NCBI RefSeq assembly: GCF_006345805.1
Contig: NW_021827112.1
Coordinates: 1 to 11,278 of the forward strand
Reading direction: 5' to 3'
Length of the DNA: 11,278 nt
Origin: Octopus sinensis
Taxonomy: Eukaryota
The notes under the pieces were generated by a model, which was not told the origin of the DNA, did not search any database, and saw nothing but the letters and a program-made list of their open reading frames with translations. Positions 6,925 to 11,278 of the stretch are shown in pieces. Positions within the stretch are counted from its first letter, which is position 1; each line of letters opens with the position of its first letter. Made by a program: the position numbers and the translations under genes.

Positions 6925-7010
6925 TAACCTGATGAGTAGCCAGTGGATTACCCCTTGTTTGGGTAATTGCTACTCTGGCGGTCTGGTTGGCTATGAAACA
7001 TTTGTAGCCT
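6925..7010 (+). ncRNA. Hammerhead ribozyme-like motif with extended stem II; stem I decayed
   Basis: CUGAUGA 6929-6935; 7-bp stem II base GTAGCCA(6936-6942)/TGGCTAT(6988-6994); apical hairpin ATTACCC/GGGTAAT; GAAA 6995-6998; stem III ACA-TT-TGT; GUA 7004-7006. Only one stem I pair (C6928-G7007) survives. Confidence 0.6.
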
Positions 7011-7174
7011 GGATTTTGTATCTACCCCATTCCCTCTACTTGAATACAAACACACACACACACACACACACACACGTGTGTGTGTGTGTGCTAAGGCTTC
7101 AGCAAGCAGAAAAGCACTCAAAAGAGTAAATATAATGTTATAATAAAAATGACGTAGGGATACTAATAACCTGA

Positions 7175-7564
7175 TGTGGTAAGTAGCTTGCTTATGAACC
7201 ACATGGTTCCAGGTTCGTCCCACAGCGTGGAACCTTGGGCAAGTGTCTTCTACTATAGCCTCGGGCCGACAAAAGCCTTGTGAGTGGATTTGGTAGATGG
7301 AAACTGAAAGAAACCCGTCGTATATATGTATATATAGGTGTATGTGTGTGTATATGCTAGTGTGTCTATGTTTGTCCCCCCCCAACATCGCTTGACAACT
7401 GATGCTGGTGTGTTTGCATCCCTGTAACTTAGCAGTTCAGCAAAAGAGACTCATAGAATAAGTACTAAGCTTACAAAGACTAAGTCCCAGGTTCGATTTG
7501 CTCGACTAAAGGCAATGCTCCAGCATGGCCTCAGTCAAATGACTGAAACAAGTAAAAGAGTAAA
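7175..7564 (+). mobile_element. SINE family B copy lacking the first ~17-19 nt
   Basis: Colinear with the reverse complement of 5433-5839. Confidence 0.92.
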
Positions 7565-7865
7565 TCTTGTTAAATACGGCTAATCAAAATAATAATTTAT
7601 TTCACCATTTTTCAAGCAGAGAACAAGATCATTTGTCATTTGTCTTTTGAGCAGATGAATTTTAAACAAGAGACACAAGTAAGGAAGAAGAGAAGAAAAA
7701 ACACAAGGGAGGTAACCAACATTATATAAATTTTATGTTGAGTAGGTGTAAACAAGATGTTAATGGTGTACTAAGTATCTGGTGATCTACTTTTAAATTA
7801 TGACATGATGTATTTCCTGAAATGCAGACATTCAGAAAAAAATCTTGTTCATAGAATTTATGTAT

Positions 7866-8264
7866 TTACTTTTACTTGTTTCAGTCATTTTGACTGCGGC
7901 CATGCTGAGCACCGCCTTTTAGTCGAGCAACTCGACCCCGGGACTCATTCTTTTTGTAAGCCCAGTACTTATTCTATCGGTCTCTTTTGCCGAACCGCTA
8001 AGTGACGGGGACGTAAACACACCAGCATCGGTTGTCAAGCAATGCTAGGGGAACAAACACAGACACACAAACACACACATACATATATATATATACATAT
8101 ATAGGACAGGCTTCTTTCAGTTTCCGGCTACCAAATCCACTCACAAGGCATTGGTCGCCCGGGCTATAGCAGAAGACACTTGCCCAAGATGCCACGCAGT
8201 GGGACTGAACCCAGAACCATGTGGTGGGTTAGCAAGCTATTACCACACAGCCACCCCTGCGCCT
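7866..8264 (-). mobile_element. Full-length SINE family B copy inserted in PLE-2
   Basis: Colinear with 5433-5839; minus-strand head AGGCGCAGGGGTGGCTGTGTGG. Confidence 0.92.
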
Positions 8265-8286
8265 ATTTGTTGAAGATTTTCAAGTT

Positions 8287-8316
8287 CATCATCATCATCA
8301 TCATCGTTTAGCGTCC
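8287..8316 (-). mobile_element. 30-bp stub of the RTE-type 3' end ((GAT)n tail plus terminal GGACGCTAAAC)
   Basis: (CAT)6-CGTTTAGCGTCC matches CATCATCATCATCGTTTAACGTCC at 2555-2578. Confidence 0.7.
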
Positions 8317-8414
8317 CTATAAGAGATATAGTCTTTCAAAAGAAAGCACTGAACATTTTTTTGGACCCATTAATGTAGGGTTTGGTTTTCGAGAGCATTT
8401 CCCATTCGATGTTG

Positions 8415-8903
8415 TTAGTTAGTTAGTAGTTAGTTAATTTTGGCTCAAAAGCAAATAGCCAGGCCATGTAGGGGGACATGGAGTTAAGTACAGGGAGGTG
8501 TTCATGTAAAGAGTTCAGGCCACTTGTGGTCAGGAGAGACTTTGAACCGAGCAGTCGTCGGCATCTTCACCATCTCGTCTGGCAGTTGTTCCACGGATCC
8601 GCAACCCGGACGGAGAAAGCTTCTCTCCTTCGATTGAGATGAAATCGTCGCAGTTAGAGCTTTTTGGAATGACCCCGCAGCTGACGCTCTGGAGCAGGAG
8701 TGAAGAACAGCTCTTTCGAGAGGTTACACTTTCCGCTTATGATGTTGTGAGTGAGAATGAGATCACTACGGCGGCGGCGTTTTTCTAGAGATAAAGGTCA
8801 AGCGTCCTCAGCCTTTCTTCGTAAGACAAATTTTTGAGACCATGAACCATGCGGGTAGCAGCTCTGGACTCTTTCGAGATGCTGTATGTCTTTGAGGAGA
8901 AAC
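8415..8903 (-). mobile_element. 5'-truncated CR1-type LINE 3' end with (TAAC)n tail; ORF2 remnant 8902-8502
   Basis: Minus translation with small indels: [90 protein letters not shown]. This is the classic CR1 ORF2 C-terminus (LERVQRRAT..L.YEERL..L...LE.RR.RGDLI..RGH..KL..F..RV...WN.LP). Confidence 0.92.
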
Positions 8904-9161
8904 TAGTTCCCTTGTCTTTGTTTCCAGATTAAAATCGAAAGGGTCACTGAATGTCTTTTATCACAATGCCTAAAATTTGAAAGATGATTGTTACATCTGG
9001 ATTTAAGTAGCATGGTTCTGATATAACATTTGATCCATGTACAAACAATGCTGTAGTTTGCTGAAACCTGTGTTCCATAAACAATGTAATATATATTGCA
9101 CTTCTAGTCTAGGGACATTTAGATTTCTCTCTACATGTACATCCGGCACAGGTATGGGTCC

Positions 9162-9603
9162 CATCATCATCATCGTCATTTAACATCCACTTTCCATGCT
9201 AGCATGGTTGGACGATTTGATTGAGGACTGGCGAACCAGATGGTTGCAACCAGGCTCCAATCTGATCTAGCAGAGTTTCTACAGCTGGATGCCCTTCCTA
9301 ATGCCGACCACTCCAGAGTGTAGTGGGTGCTTTTACCGGCAAGAGGCCAGTCAGGCGGTACTGGCAACGGCCCGCTCAAATGGTACTTTTTATGTGCCAC
9401 TTGCACAGGAGCCAGTCCAGCAGCACTGGCAATGACCTCGCCCGAATGTTATTACGCGTGCCACCGGCACAAGTGCCAGTAAGGCAACTCTGGTTACAAT
9501 CACGTTTGAATGGTGCTTTTACATGCCACTGTAGCCAGTCACTTGCTCTGGCAATGATCATGCTCAGATGGTGTTCTTAGCACCCCACTAGCACAGGACC
9601 AGT
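9162..9603 (-). mobile_element. RTE-type 3'UTR fragment with diverged tandem units, inserted in PLE-2
   Basis: (CAT)n tail; shares CAGCTGGATGCCCTTCCTAATGCC with 2552-3318; repeated GGTGCTTTT..GTGCCAC..GGCAC units. Confidence 0.8.
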
Positions 9604-9900
9604 CATCAATTTGATTTCGATTGTGATGTTTCTTATTGATATATGACTGAACATTAAGAGACAAGAAAAAGTATGTGTGTCTGTTAAAGATTTTATTGTA
9701 TCTATAGGTTCTAAGGAAGTAGATATTACTAAGAGCAAGAATCTTCTATCTACATTTGTCCTAACATTAAGGGAGAAGGGTGGAGTGAACCATAAACTTA
9801 CTGAAATTTTATGGCTACGCCCCTCAATAATATTCTTGATAGTGACTTCGAAGTTTCAGCCAGTTGAGCCATTGTCCGACTGCCAGTAGGCTTAGCTATT

Positions 9901-10292
9901 TTTTCTTTTACATAATTTTGTCATTAGACTGTGGCCATGCTGGGGTATTGCTTTAAAGAATTTTCAGGAAAATGCATCATCCCAGTGCTTACATTTTTAA
10001 AGTTCTCATACATCAGTGTCTTTTGCTGAACTGCTAAGTTACAGGGATGCAAACACACTAGCACTGGTTGTCAAGCAGTGGTGAGAGACAAACACATACA
10101 CAAAGACACCACACATAAACATACACATAGATATATATATGTATATATATGACATGCTTCTTTCAGTTTCCATCTACCAATCCACTCATAAGGCTTTGGT
10201 CAGCCTAGACTATAGCAGAAGACTCTTGCCAAAGGTTCACACAGTGGGACTGAACCTGAAACCATGTGGTTAGAAGCAAACTTCTTACCACA
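9901..10292 (-). mobile_element. Diverged SINE family B copy lacking its extreme 5' end
   Basis: Colinear with 5433-5839, with many CpG-type substitutions. Confidence 0.88.
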
Positions 10293-10312
10293 TGCATATT
10301 ATTATATATATA

Positions 10313-10614
10313 CTGTGCCAGTGGCACTGAAAATACATTTGAGCGAGGTCGTTGCCAGTGCCACTGGACTGGCTCCTGTGCAGGTGGCACATAAAAAACA
10401 CCATTTGAGTGTGGCCGTTGCCAGTATCACCAAACTGGCCCTCGTGCCAGAGGCATGTAGAAGCACCCACAACACTCTAAGATTGGTTGGCACTAGGAAG
10501 GGCATCCAGCTGTAGAAACTCTGCCAGATCAGATTGGAGCCTGGTGCAGTCATCTGGTACCCCAGCCCTCAGTCGAACCGTCCAACCCATGCTAGCATGG
10601 AAAGCAGACGTTAA

Positions 10615-10653
<39 letters not shown>
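10313..10653 (+). mobile_element. RTE-type 3'UTR fragment with (ATG)13 tail
   Basis: Reverse-complement homologue of 9162-9603 and 2552-2800; palindrome CCATGCTAGCATGG at 10587-10600 just before the tail. Confidence 0.82.
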
Positions 10654-10894
10654 TGTGTGTGTGTGTTCGTATCTCTCTTTGTATCTGATTGTCCCCCATC
10701 ACTGCTTCACAACCAGTGTTGGTGTGTTTACATCCCCATAACTCAGTGGTTCATAGTACAGAGTCATAGTACAAATCTTAAAAAAAAATATGTGCTGGAA
10801 TCAATTTGGTCGACTAAAACTCTCTTGAAGGTGATGCCCCAGCATGGCCACAGTCTAATGACTGAAACATGTAAAACAAAGATAAAAGATAAAA
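10654..10894 (+). mobile_element. 3' half of a SINE family B copy
   Basis: From (TG)n through GGTGTGTTTACATCCCC...CGACTAAAA...CCAGCATGGCCACAGTCTAATGACTGAAAC and an (AAAGAT)n tail. Confidence 0.85.
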
Positions 10895-11278
10895 ATATAC
10901 ACACACACACACACATGCCTGTGTGTGTGTTTGCGTATGTATTAAGCCATTGTAAAGGGCAGCTCCACAATATTTTGAATGAAGAACGAAGTCCTTCTTC
11001 AGGGTACAGAAATTTTTGGTGGGTTCTTTCTAAATAAAGAAAGCAAGCATGAAAAGCTGAATAGAAAAATTGTCTTTCCCGAAGAACGGTGGCGCTGTGA
11101 AAACGGTGGAGAATTCCTTGCACAATGGAATAGCTACTTAAGTAATTTTACAGTTAAAGCAATATATATACATCTAGGTTTTTGCTGATGTAGCCTATTG
11201 CTAGATTTCTTTGTTTTGCTTTTATTGATATAGAAATATGTATACATACATATATATATATATATAATAGTGTGTGTA

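Larger units (their letters stand above)
7798..9830 (-). pseudogene. Decayed Penelope-like element 2 (linker plus C-terminal GIY-YIG endonuclease) fragmented by four insertions
   Basis: Minus-strand pieces: WFTPPFSLNVRTNVDRRFLLL (9792-9730), KIFNRHT (9694-9674), CTCREKSKCP (from 9141), KCNIYYIVY..LKSRCNNHLSNFRHCDKRHSVTLSILIWKQRQGNY (to 8904), NIEWEMLSKTKPYINGSKK(C) (from 8413), MNK..ECLHFRKYIMS* (7852-7798). They match the recalled PLE pattern WFNPPF..KIFNR..CNCR..CPL.G.C..VVY..YIG..FK.R..NH..SF..T.LS..IW..I.W.IL..PY..SK.C.LC..EK..LNK..C.H. The upstream boundary is uncertain. Confidence 0.85.

Noticed and set aside
6630-6925. Possible PLE endonuclease coding remnant upstream of the 6929 hammerhead
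   Set aside because: No frame gave recognisable GIY-YIG motifs; left unassigned.
7620-7711. Possible + strand host exon (TTTTTCAAGCAG acceptor; GTAAGG at 7679 or GTAACC at 7712 donor; one open frame NKIICHLSFEQMNFKQETQ..)
   Set aside because: Such signals are common in AT-rich DNA, the peptide is unrecognised, and the segment may be PLE-2 3' sequence. Spliced RNA-seq reads would be needed.
7805-8005. + strand ORF containing KCRH, superficially like a PLE C-terminus
   Set aside because: The colinear PLE-2 signal is on the minus strand, and most of this ORF is antisense SINE B.
8907-8927. Strong-looking splice acceptor TTCCCTTGTCTTTGTTTCCAG
   Set aside because: It is the antisense of PLE-2 codons WKQRQG, and no convincing downstream exon or donor was found.
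10615-11123. ORFs 10615-11037 (poly-Met start) and 10764-11123
   Set aside because: The poly-Met is the (ATG)n retroelement tail. The rest crosses a SINE and microsatellite, with no recognisable domain.

Overview
AT-rich, microsatellite-dense eukaryotic DNA that is almost entirely nested transposon debris. The repeat families are ones I recall from octopus (coleoid cephalopod) genomes; this is recognition from memory, not a database hit. No intact protein-coding gene, tRNA, rRNA or CRISPR array is supported, and the long ORFs in the track are repeat artefacts or decayed retroelement pieces. Contents: two tRNA-derived SINE families (A: a headless tandem array plus one TSD-flanked monomer; B: six long or half copies plus a tail fragment); 3' ends of a probable RTE-clade LINE with a structured ~67-bp VNTR and (GAT)n tail; a CR1-type LINE 3' end; a mariner-derived MITE; a Helentron/HINE-like element; and a foldback cluster. 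Two decayed Penelope-like elements (PLEs) of different types are missed or only partly caught by the ORF track. PLE-1 (+, 4106-5135) has an inverted copy of its downstream region fused to its 5' end and is followed by three different hammerhead-ribozyme-like motifs within ~800 bp (6200-7010). PLE-2 (-, ~7798-9830) can be reassembled across four later insertions.
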